A stretch of 62,913 nt of DNA, filler included, from Hyphochytrium catenoides (Eukaryota > Protista > Hyphochytriomycota): assembly GCA_900088475.1 (NCBI GenBank). It is 5 parts of 5 records of this genome, joined end to end, with 100 filler letters (N's around TTAATTAATTAA, not from the genome) between each part and the next. Parts side by side here need not be neighbours in the genome. Positions count along the whole stretch, not along the records: positions 23,319 to 36,535 come from FLMG01003212.1; 4 more parts are not named here. One strand, 5' to 3'. Both the position numbers and the translations under genes were made by a program. This document shows positions 23,420-33,290 of this stretch, in pieces; position 1 is the first letter of the stretch; every line of letters starts with the position of its first letter. Below the pieces are notes generated by a model. It saw only the letters and a list, made by a program, of their open reading frames with translations. It made no database searches and was not told where the DNA came from.

Positions 23420-25390
23420 ATGGCGTCAAGAGATAACGAAGGCACTGCCTCCATAGTGGCCAGCGCCACAAAGGTCTATAGCACGGAGACTCTACGTAAG
23501 CACGGGCCTTCTGCCACCGTGCAGGGACCAAACCCCAAGCTCAGGTTATTAGGCGACCAGGACCGAATTTTCGAGGATGGGCCCTATCCGCGGCCATTTG
23601 AGTTTAATGAGGAAGTAGCGCAAGTCTTTGATGACATGGTGACGCGGTCGGTCCCCATGTACAGAGATGTCATCGATACACTCATCTATTGGGCCCATCG
23701 GTTCTATCAGCCTGGATCTGCAGTGTACGATCTTGGGTGCTCCACAGGGACCACTATTGATGTCTTAGCACAGACACTCGCCGATGGCGCCACATTCGTT
23801 GGCATAGACAACTCTAGGCCTATGACCCACAGAGCCAACGCAAAGCTCGCGTGGGCTAGAGAGAAGCACAACGTAAAGATATTATGTGAAGACATCACTA
23901 AGTGTGACTTCAATGACGCATCGCTGGTTATCATGAACTATACCTTGCAGTTCATCCCCTACAGTCAGCGGCACCGGCTCTTAAAGCGGATCTATAACGG
24001 ACTGCGACCAGGAGGTATTCTCTTCATCTCGGAGAAGGTAAGGGCGGCATATCCTCTCTTCCAGGAAACCGCCACGTGGATCTATGAAGACTTTAAGGCT
24101 CGGGCAGGATATTCGCAGAATGAGATTGCCAGAAAGAAGGAGGCCCTCGAAAACGTCTTGGTGCCACTAACGGACGCTGAACTGGCCGAGATGTTCCAGG
24201 CAGTAGGCTTCCAGACCTCAAATCTCATTGTGAAGTGGAACAACTTCTCCACGTTTGTGGCTTATAAGCGAATAGAGGACGAAGACCAGAAAGGAGCGAG
24301 GAAAGGTGGGAGTAACGCCTCGCCACAGGCAGCAGAAGAGAGAGAAAAGAAGTCAGCACATGCTTCTTCGGAGCAGAACCCTCTGAAAGCTCTTCCCTAT
24401 TCTGCGTTAAACGAGTTCTTCGACGAAGATCCGGATTACCTCTATCGACTCTTGAGCCACGAGGACGTGCAGACATTGAACGAACTGCGATGCAAGATCT
24501 TCGCAGAGAAACGGCCCCGTTTCAAAGCTCTGGAGAAAGTTGCTGCCATTTTGAAGTCTCTTCCACGCTTCCCATCTAAACGGCTAGTCGTGAATGAGTC
24601 CTCTGTGCACATAGGCGAGGTAGAGGAGCTGTCAGCGGAGCAGAGAGAGACTTTCTCCCAGTGTCTACGAGAACTCATCCCCTGGAAGAAGGGGCCTTTC
24701 ACCCTCTTTGGGACGGAGATTGACGCAGAATGGCGATCGGACTGGAAATGGGAGAGAATACGACCCCATATTAGCAGTTTGGAGGGCAAGGTAGTGGCTG
24801 ATGTAGGATGCGCCAACGGCTACTTCATGTACCGAATGTTGGAGCAGCATCCCAAGCTGGTGATTGGCTTGGACCCTAACGTTAAGGCTTGGATGGAGTT
24901 CCAGTTGCTGCAACACTTCGCATGTAGACGAGAACTTCAATTCGAGGTGCTGACAGTAGAGCATATGGACCTCCTGCCTGGCTGCTTCGACACCATCTTC
25001 TGTCTTGGAGTACTTTACCATTGCGTGGATCCCATTGGCATGCTACGGAAGATGTTCACCGCGCTGAAGCCAGGCGGGGAGATTATAGTCGATTGCCAGG
25101 GCATACCAGGAGAGCTACCGATGGCCCTTGTTCCGAGAAAAACGTATGCTAAGGCTAAAGGCATTTGGTTTATCCCCACCAGGTCCTGCTTGGAGAATAT
25201 GCTCCTGCGAGCAAACTTCAACGATCTTGAGTGCTTCTATGATGAGCCTCTGGAGGTGGACGAGCAGCGCGCAACCACTTGGGCTCCCATCAACAGCCTC
25301 GCAGAGTTCCTGGACCCAGAAGACCCCACAAAGACTGCAGAAGGCTATCCCGCCCCTAGGCGGATCTACTTCCGCGCCAAGCGTCGGTGA
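23420..25390 (+). CDS. cmoA-cmoB: CmoA-CmoB fusion: carboxy-S-adenosylmethionine synthase (N-terminal) plus tRNA ho5U34 carboxymethyltransferase (C-terminal), intronless, 656 aa
   Basis: CmoA: FEFNEEVAQVFDDMVTRSVPMY, YDLGCSTG, GIDNS, NYTLQF, PGGILFISEK, FKARAGYSQNEIARKKEALENVL. CmoB: PWKKGPF, IDAEWRSDWKW, DVGCANGY, GVLYH, EQRATTW, SLAEFLDPEDPTKTAEGYPAPRR. Confidence 0.95.
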   Translation: MASRDNEGTASIVASATKVYSTETLRKHGPSATVQGPNPKLRLLGDQDRIFEDGPYPRPFEFNEEVAQVFDDMVTRSVPMYRDVIDTLIYWAHRFYQPGSAVYDLGCSTGTTIDVLAQTLADGATFVGIDNSRPMTHRANAKLAWAREKHNVKILCEDITKCDFNDASLVIMNYTLQFIPYSQRHRLLKRIYNGLRPGGILFISEKVRAAYPLFQETATWIYEDFKARAGYSQNEIARKKEALENVLVPLTDAELAEMFQAVGFQTSNLIVKWNNFSTFVAYKRIEDEDQKGARKGGSNASPQAAEEREKKSAHASSEQNPLKALPYSALNEFFDEDPDYLYRLLSHEDVQTLNELRCKIFAEKRPRFKALEKVAAILKSLPRFPSKRLVVNESSVHIGEVEELSAEQRETFSQCLRELIPWKKGPFTLFGTEIDAEWRSDWKWERIRPHISSLEGKVVADVGCANGYFMYRMLEQHPKLVIGLDPNVKAWMEFQLLQHFACRRELQFEVLTVEHMDLLPGCFDTIFCLGVLYHCVDPIGMLRKMFTALKPGGEIIVDCQGIPGELPMALVPRKTYAKAKGIWFIPTRSCLENMLLRANFNDLECFYDEPLEVDEQRATTWAPINSLAEFLDPEDPTKTAEGYPAPRRIYFRAKRR

Positions 25391-25823
25391 CCTCATCACC
25401 AACGCTGACAATAAAAGACAGAACAACGCTTGCCCGCTTTCTCTATCCATTCTTGCCTTTCCTGCCATCATCACAGACCTCCTCCAGGTCCATTTGTAAC
25501 CAACTATACTCGAATAAAAAGGCACCCGAGCTCATATGCTGAATGTATATTTCTTGAGACTCGGGGGCATATTCGGGTCATTCCAGGATGAGTTATATGA
25601 GGGAAACGGAGAGTGTGGCCTGGAAGTTCCTCTTCGGCACTGGAGCGCCGCCTGTCGCTGATCGCTTCTCGCTCCTCCCGTCTCTCCATCCCATGCTGCT
25701 CCTGACAATAGATGAGCCAGTGCGGAGGATAAGGGCAAGAGCAGGAAAGGCATCGATGTATGCTGCAGGGATCGTGGCTTGGCATCGTAAGGAGCTGTTT
25801 CCTCCGGTCCAGGGCTTTGCACA

Positions 25824-28800
25824 ATGGCTGGCTTGGGGGAAGAAGAGAAGCAAGACCAGGTAATCTCTCACGTACGCCTATCAGTCCTTATAAGTTGGCC
25901 TGTGATCTCTTGCATAATCATTCCTTCTACTTGTCATGGTCAGGTTGAGAGTAGCTTAGCGGCAATAAGCTTTGCCGATATTCAAGTGCAAACTTTGGCA
26001 GGTGCAGGCGTCTCTATACAGCAAGAAGTGAAACAGGTCCGTAAGGATGTTGAGGCGGCGAAGGCACTTCTCGTGGTTGGGGTCACAAGGAGACAAGTTG
26101 CAGAAGAGCTTCGTCAAGTTCTTCAGGTTGCATCCTGGTCCTTTATACGGGGCGATACTCAGCATCTGTCTGGGGCTATCCGGCCGCTATGCTTTGTCAT
26201 CCTGCTCAGGGTCCTGACTCTTAATCTACGCTACAAGGTAAAAGATGGAGTTCCACTCTCTAGGCCTTCTGTGCCGAGGAAAGATTCTAAAATATCAACA
26301 GCCTCTATCCCCATGCGTCTTCTCTGTCCCTGCCACATGTCACATGGCACTTCTTTTGCTCTCTGTCTTAGCCCACCCTGCGCAGTCACTCAGCGCGATA
26401 CTCCTCTGGAGGTCTAGCTATCTCTTTCCCGACTTTCCTCTCTATGCCTAGGCAGTCTCTGCTTCCACTGGTCTGCTAATGCTTGACCTCCGCCCCATGC
26501 ACTTCCGCTCCACGTCCAGTCACGGATAGGCTACCATCTATCCTATCGCTTAGTCCTTAACGACATCTTGGGGCCCGTAACAGTTGAATCCGATGCCGGG
26601 CATTACCAAGCGAGTGAGAAGGGAGAGGCATCCGAGGGTCTAAGTGCCAAGAAACATCATCTTAAGGGTTTTGACAGAGAAGTTCCTTTCCGGTATCCAC
26701 CGACGCGGTGCTTGAGACTCCGCGTGCGGCACTTTATTATCTCACCGCCGGTGGTGAGGGAGGTCAAGGAATTTCATGCAGCCATGGCAGAGATTAAGTC
26801 CTTTCGGACAAGGAGGGAAGACTGCATGAAGGAAATTGAGGCGGTTAAGCGGGTAATTGAAACCTCAGTTTGCCTCTTGTTGTCCTTGTCCAGTTCTTCT
26901 TCTATCTATTCATTGTCCTTCCTTTCTACGAGCGCATCTCCTGTCAGCATTGATTAGCAGGCGTTAGACGCTAAACAGCTCATGTGGCTAAGGAACTTTC
27001 TCCTCTTCATTTCTCCTTTAGATCCACGACTGTCCAGACAATCAACACGGCTGGCTTGACCGCTGCCCATCGTGCCGCCTCATCTTGAATTGCCATAAAA
27101 AGTTCGTTGAGAACTGGTACCTTGAGTACGGGGTGCGGTGCGCTGTGCAGCTTGATTGGTACAGCAGCTTTCTGCTAGAAGACAGGGAAAGGCTGGGCAT
27201 GAAAGTGGATGAACTGCAGACGAAGGTTGTCGAACCGGCAAAGCTCATTGGAAGGTGTGCTTCACGGCACCCAACAGCATGGGGAGCTTTGCGTCATATC
27301 AACCTCCCTTTTCTCACTAATTCTTCCTAACCTGCTAAGTCTTTCTCTGATCGTCGCGTGCTCTGTCTTTCTCTGTTGCGTTACCAGCTTGGTCCGCACA
27401 GTATGCTCCATAAGCTTGCGAGATCCTTGCTTGAAATATGTGCATAGTTCTCACTGTGCAATCGTCCCCTGCGCACCTCCTATGTAGACGTTGTGAGGAG
27501 CAGCTAGGAGCCTGGCTGAGAGTCTGCTGGCTCCTTAAGCAATCTAAAGTCCGGGATCGGAAGCTGCAAAGCTCTCTAACTCGCTTAAAGGAAAGAAAGG
27601 AGGAAGCTCTTCGTCGATTAGCTGAGCGGAAGGAGACAGCTAGCACAAATCTACAACGACTATGGAGAGGCCACTTAGCAAGAAGGTACGACAGAGCTGT
27701 ATTGCGGGGTCCCGTTCAAGGAAAAGAGAGAGGGAGAGAGACTATCTACAACTTGAAGGATGATAGAGAGAGCTAGCACTCTAACAAGCCATGGAACCAG
27801 ACATGCTCTTCACCTCAAGCAGGAAAGGGACCTAGTCATGCGGAATCAAGCCAAACTGCAAGCGGAAAGGGAAGCTGAACATCTTCGGCAGAAGCGAGAG
27901 CAAGACTTCTTGGACAAGCTTAGAGCCGATGAACAGAAGATCGCATCCTATAGTTGCCCCTATGTCCGTTGCCCTAAATTCAGGCGAACAGGAGCCTTTA
28001 AAAGCGTAGAACAAATTGAGATTCACCGCCAACAGCATGAAGAAGAAACTCGAATGGAGGAGGAACAGAAGAAGAGGGAGGCTGAAGAGGCGGAGAAGGA
28101 GAGACAGAGAAGGAAAGAAAGAGAAGAAGAGATGCTACGAAGAACAAGAGACGAAGCAAAAGACTATGCAAGAGAAAGAGAACAAGAAGAAGAGAGCCGG
28201 CGAGGTGAGCTGATGGCCCTCGTAGCAGAGTCTTGGGAGTCCAAGCTTGTCTACAGCCATGAAAGAGCGAGAAGAAGAATGCGGAAAGAGCTATCGGCCC
28301 ATGCAACATTCCGTCCTGACATAGAAATGAGATGCTCTCGTAAGAAGTGCGCACATATCCTCTTTCTCTCCCAAGCGCAGTGGAGGATGCATGAGCGCTT
28401 CCATAAGGAAGACGCAGCACGAGAGAGAGAAAGAAGGAAGACTGAAAGCGAGGTTGCACAGCGGTCAGAAGCAGACACAATAGAGCGGCGGTTCGTTAGG
28501 GAGAGAGACTTCCTAGCAAACCTAAGGCAGCAGAGAGACATTGGTCGAAGTTGTCCTTCTCCCGTAATATCTATCCAACCAAGCCCTTTAGCTTCCTCTT
28601 CGCTCCCTCAACAAAAGCAGCTGGACGCTCCGTCTCCGAAGCCCATGCCGCCAACGTCTTTGGTGGACCTCTCGGCGCCAAAAACCAACCTCAAAAACAG
28701 TCCCAATAGATCGAAGTCACCCAGCAAGCTAGTGTCGTCATGTCCCGTTGCACTGCGTTCATCGCTCCGTACGAGTTCTCGGTTCTCTGAGCCCGTGGGT

Positions 28801-29352
28801 CAGCTGGTTCTCGTGTTTGGCCTCTCTTCAGCCGCCAATAGCCAGGATGATGTGCAGGACACGGCAGAGTACATCCGGAAGGTGAAGTGCCTCCCGTCTG
28901 TCATAAGCATTTGCAAGGCAAAGGTGGTGATAGGTAGAAGCTCTGACTTTTGTGACTCGATTGTGGACTCGGCTCGTTTTCCTCTGTCTGTCAGCCGGCA
29001 GCACCTGGCCATCACGGTCTCGAGGTCTGCCTTACACGGCCTAGCTGTCCACGTTGAGGACCTTGGGAGTGCGACAGGGACTTACGTACATAGGAGACAG
29101 GCGGTGGAACGACAAGAAGCCAACCTTTCTGAAGAGTCGCGAAGAGACATTACCAGAAACGAAGTCATCCGCCTTGCTCCTTATCAGCCCGTTGAGCTTG
29201 GCCCAGGGGATAGGCTTATTCTGGGTGTAGAGTCAGATAATCGGCCAGAAGCTCTGGAGCCTTGGACTGAGTCTGATGTTATTTATGAACTGGCCTTTAC
29301 GGCTGTAGGCAAGCTCCATCCAGTAGCGGTGAGTGGCAAGCTTAGAGGGTGA
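25824..29352 (+). CDS. Multi-exon protein with IQ motif, charged coiled coil, two C2H2-like fingers and C-terminal FHA domain (5' exons uncertain)
   Basis: IQ: TNLQRLWRGHLARR; fingers YSCPYVRC..F....QIEIHRQQH and CSRKKC..F.....WRMHERFH; FHA: VVIGRSS, SVSRQH, VEDLGSATGTYV, LGPGDRLILG. Confidence 0.72.
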
Positions 29353-29552
29353 TCAATAATTTATTGGCCGCGCGATAAATACACAGCGTAGAGATCTAGG
29401 GCACAGACTCCAAACCTGAAGCGTCCATTTCGACACCAGGCCAGCTTCTATTTGCCTCACTCTCTTCCAATACTGCCGAGTCTCCTCTGTGCTCTTCGAT
29501 TTATACCTGCAACCTGTCCCTTGCTTAAGCTATCGTTCCTGCTCTAGTGGGC

Positions 29553-32500
29553 CTACCAGTCTTCGTCGTGCTGCCTGGTGATGGAGTCTTGGGAGAGAGA
29601 GGGAAAAGGGGAAGAGACATGGGTACTTCTGCACCAGTTGTTGAAGGCACTTCTAGCAGACTGCAGCAGTTCTCCTCTCTTAACGAAAACGCGCAAATTT
29701 TTTTCCATAAAGACGCTGGGGGCATGCTCTTCATAGTGTTCCTTTGCCACAGGAAGACAGCCTTCTTCAAAGGTGCCTTCCTTGCGATAGAAGCGAACAT
29801 GCTCAACCGGGTCCATTGACCCCTTGCCGTGATGTATGCAGTGTATGTCCACGATAAGATCCTCTGGTGACAACTGGGGCATCTCCCTATCAATATGTTA
29901 GCGACATCGGCATATAATAAAGCGCGAGGAAATAAGGTAGAAGAGGAACAGGTGCCAGAAATGACAGAGAGGGTTTATGGAGAGAAGTGAGGTGGGCAAA
30001 TATTGGAGATCAGGGCAACGTACTCATCTGCATATTTGACAATGTCTGCCGCTAGCTCCTTCATAGGCTTGATCTTCCCATTTCTGCCGGTGCACCAGTC
30101 CGGGCAAAGCTATGTACCACTCAAAGTCAGAGCCTGAAATTTAGCGGTCACCCAGCTTGGCGAAAGAAAGCGTTGTGAATGAGACAAGTAGTACCCTACC
30201 TCAGCGCCACACTCGTGTGAATCCCAATTCTTCAGTGCCGCCTTCCCACAATATCGATAAATGTCTCGGACCTATGAACCCAACCCAAGGAATGAGAATT
30301 CAGATTTTTAGGAGGTCAATCTCAGCCTTCTCGTCGGCCGGAAGAAGTGGCCTTTTAGGGCAATCACCTTTATCCTCTTGAGGATCTCCTGGGCCGGAGC
30401 CAAGGCTGGAATGGTGGAGAGCTCCAGTAAGTCCAGAATGGAGTCCGTCAAGGAGGAATACGCCACCATATCAGTAAAAGCTTCAGAGATCTTGACAAGC
30501 ACCTTAGTGCCATCCTGAGTCCATCATGGAGGACAAGCGAAGACAATCAAAATGACAGCCTGTAGATGGAAGGACACTCCCTATTTCAACTAGGTATAAG
30601 CGTACCCCTACTATAACAACTAGCAGACGTTTACCTCTTTTGTTCTGCCAGGAAGAAGGAAATAGTCGTTCGCTGCTTCTAAGACGTCAACTATCATGTG
30701 CTCTATCGCGACCACTGTCTTGTGTGTATACATCGTGTGATGAAGCGTGAACCGTGTCTTAAACACCTATGAGAGGTTATGAAACGTGGGTCAAGGTATA
30801 CTATGCCAGGTTGCGAGCTAGAGGCTGCCTTCAGAGCGATTTACCTACCTCCATGACCTTGGCGACCAGCTTCTCTGGGAAGCAGATGCGCAGCGGGCTC
30901 AAAGGGTCCGTTAGGTCTCGTGAGACTCTAGCGGACATCATCTGGGAGGAGAAAACGTTTAAACACAATCATCGCTAGCAAGCTGCAGGGGACACGAAGG
31001 AGACAGAACAAACAGAGGTAGAGCTGTGGGGGTGTCGGCGAGGCTAGGGCGATGCAAAGAAGTATCAGATAGATTGACAATTAGCGGGGGATTACCAATA
31101 GCATGAAGTCATTGTTCGTCCGTATGCCTCCCATTTTGGCGTCACGTTTAAAATAATCCAGCTTGTCGACATCGAGACCCGACAGTGTGTTGTTGATGAT
31201 GTCATACAGGAACTCCTTGTTCTCCTCTCTAAGACGGCCCAGTCTCTGCCCTCCTCTCCCATAGCCTCGACCGGTGATCATTTCCTTGATGAAAACGATG
31301 TCCCGTTCTGCGAAGCCGTAGTCCCTCAGGTCGATCTCATTGTCCTTCAGCATATGGTCGAAGAGATCTATTGACCCTTGTTCATGAGTCCATTTACAGT
31401 CTGGGTTTACTAGTTGGACATAAAGAGAGAGGATGGGCAGAGAGGAAGAACCTCCGTAAGCAGTTAAAGCAAGCCTACGACAGGTGGGACGGAGACAAAC
31501 GACATGAGAGACTGAGAGGGAAAAATGATAGCAAACCACGACCAAACCTTTTCTCATGAAAGGTCCGTCGTAAAGATGGCTGAACGGGCCATGGCCTAGA
31601 TCGTGACAGAGTCCCGCCAACTTGACGCATAAAAGGTCCTATAAAGGGACATCGAAGCGCCGAATCAGAAAAGAAGTAGTGTCTTCCTAGGTGTAGATAC
31701 GACATTGCAAAGTGAAAGAGGCTTAATGGTCCTCTTGAAGAAGAAAGATCTGTGGGGATGTCCTTCACTTGATGACGAGGCCAACAGAAGGGCTCCGCTT
31801 ACTGTGTACGTAATGCTGAGGTAAGGCTGAACTTTGCGAAGATTCTCAACAAAGGTCTGAGCGAGATGCGCCACTCCTAAGCTGTGCACAAAGCGATTAT
31901 GGGACGCTGTGGGGTAGACATAAGAGCAGACCCCTAGCTGCTTTAGGCCTCTTAAGCGCTGGAACTGCGGGGTGTCAATGATCCTCATGCATACGGGTTC
32001 GAACTCCATCACACCGTGCACCGCATCATTTATCATCTATAATGGGCATCGTTGGGCATGTCTTAGTGCTGTGAGTACTCTTCGCTACTGGGATAGGGCT
32101 CATGTTATACCTTATTCGCTTGAAGGTAGTGCTTACCGCTGACAGGCTTGCCTGAGCGGTCAGTGCGGAGGGGGCTATGAAGTCTACTAAGGTTCCTCTT
32201 GCGCCTGTTCGTCATCGGACGCTGAGCGCTATGCGATAGCACCATTCATGGGCGCTATTGTGCACTTACTTTGAGTCATTTCTCATGGGCGTTGGAGGCA
32301 ACCCTTCCTTCTGCCGCACTTCACCCTTGTCCTCTTTGGTAGGGGTCTTCGCTGACTTGCTTTCTCCGTTCTCTTCTCTCTTTCTCTTCACTATAGTAGG
32401 ACAATACTTATAATCAGCGGGCGAGAACAGGCCCATCATTCTTCAGCGTCAATGACCTACATTGGCTACTGCCTTCAATAGAATTGCCGTGCGCAGCTTG

Positions 32501-32790
32501 AGGGGAGCACGCTGGCGACCTATCAGGCAGAAGAGCCAGCAATTCAGATAGGCACCACCGGATTGACATAGAGAGGATTACCGACCTCCTATCACCTTCG
32601 GCTCCTACATCTTTCATCAGGTCCCGGAACGAAGTGGGCTTCATCCTTCGCTATTAGGTATGTCTGCCTTACTCTCCAACAGCCCAAGACCAATCGCCTC
32701 TTCAACAACTGAGAAAGCAAGCTCCCTACTCCGTACGGGCAAAGCAGAAGTCATTAAATCTTCAATCTCTCGATCTGGCATAGCCATCAG
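29553..32790 (-). CDS. SAMHD1: SAMHD1-like HD-domain dNTP triphosphohydrolase (multi-exon; both ends approximate)
   Basis: INDAVHG, IIDTPQFQRLRGLKQLG, YPTASHNRFVHSLGVAHLA, AGLCHDLGHGPFSH, WTHEQGS, DVDKLDY, FKTRFTLHHTMYTHK; exons splice in frame with GT-AG. Confidence 0.92.
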
Positions 32791-33290
32791 AATCTGGACG
32801 AAGGTCCATAGACGCGCCACCTGCACTTTCAAAAACAGTCAGAAAAGAAGCCAGAACAGCGGATGAGTTACGACCGATTTTTGCATTTTCGGAGACGAAG
32901 TTATCGAAGAATCAATGCCCAAGAAATCAAAGAAGCCACAATCCCAAAGATCACACGATTACTGATATAGTAACTATAAATTAGTTATTTAGACTGATTC
33001 TCTCTCTGTGTTGGTGAGGAGAAAGTTTTGCGGAGTCTGTGGTGGATCTCTCAGATGGCACTTGAAGCTCCACTTTCATAGGCAGATGGAGCTTTGGAGC
33101 TTTGATAATTTCCAAAGGCTCACGTTGTGGGAGACCTAAAATCATTGCTGGGGGCAAAAGGCGCTTCGGGAAGGACTCTAGAAGCGTAATACTGGAGGAG
33201 AAGAACTACTGTTAGTTGGGCAGGCTGGACAGAGCAAACTCACAGTCACTTGCTACATACTAAGGATACTTCACACATCTTTCCACCCCG

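Noticed and set aside
23420-25390. cmoA-cmoB as bacterial contamination
   Set aside because: No gap between it and downstream spliced genes, polyA-like signals, upstream splice acceptor and no bacterial neighbours; disfavoured but still needs read-level confirmation because a gap lies 100 bp upstream
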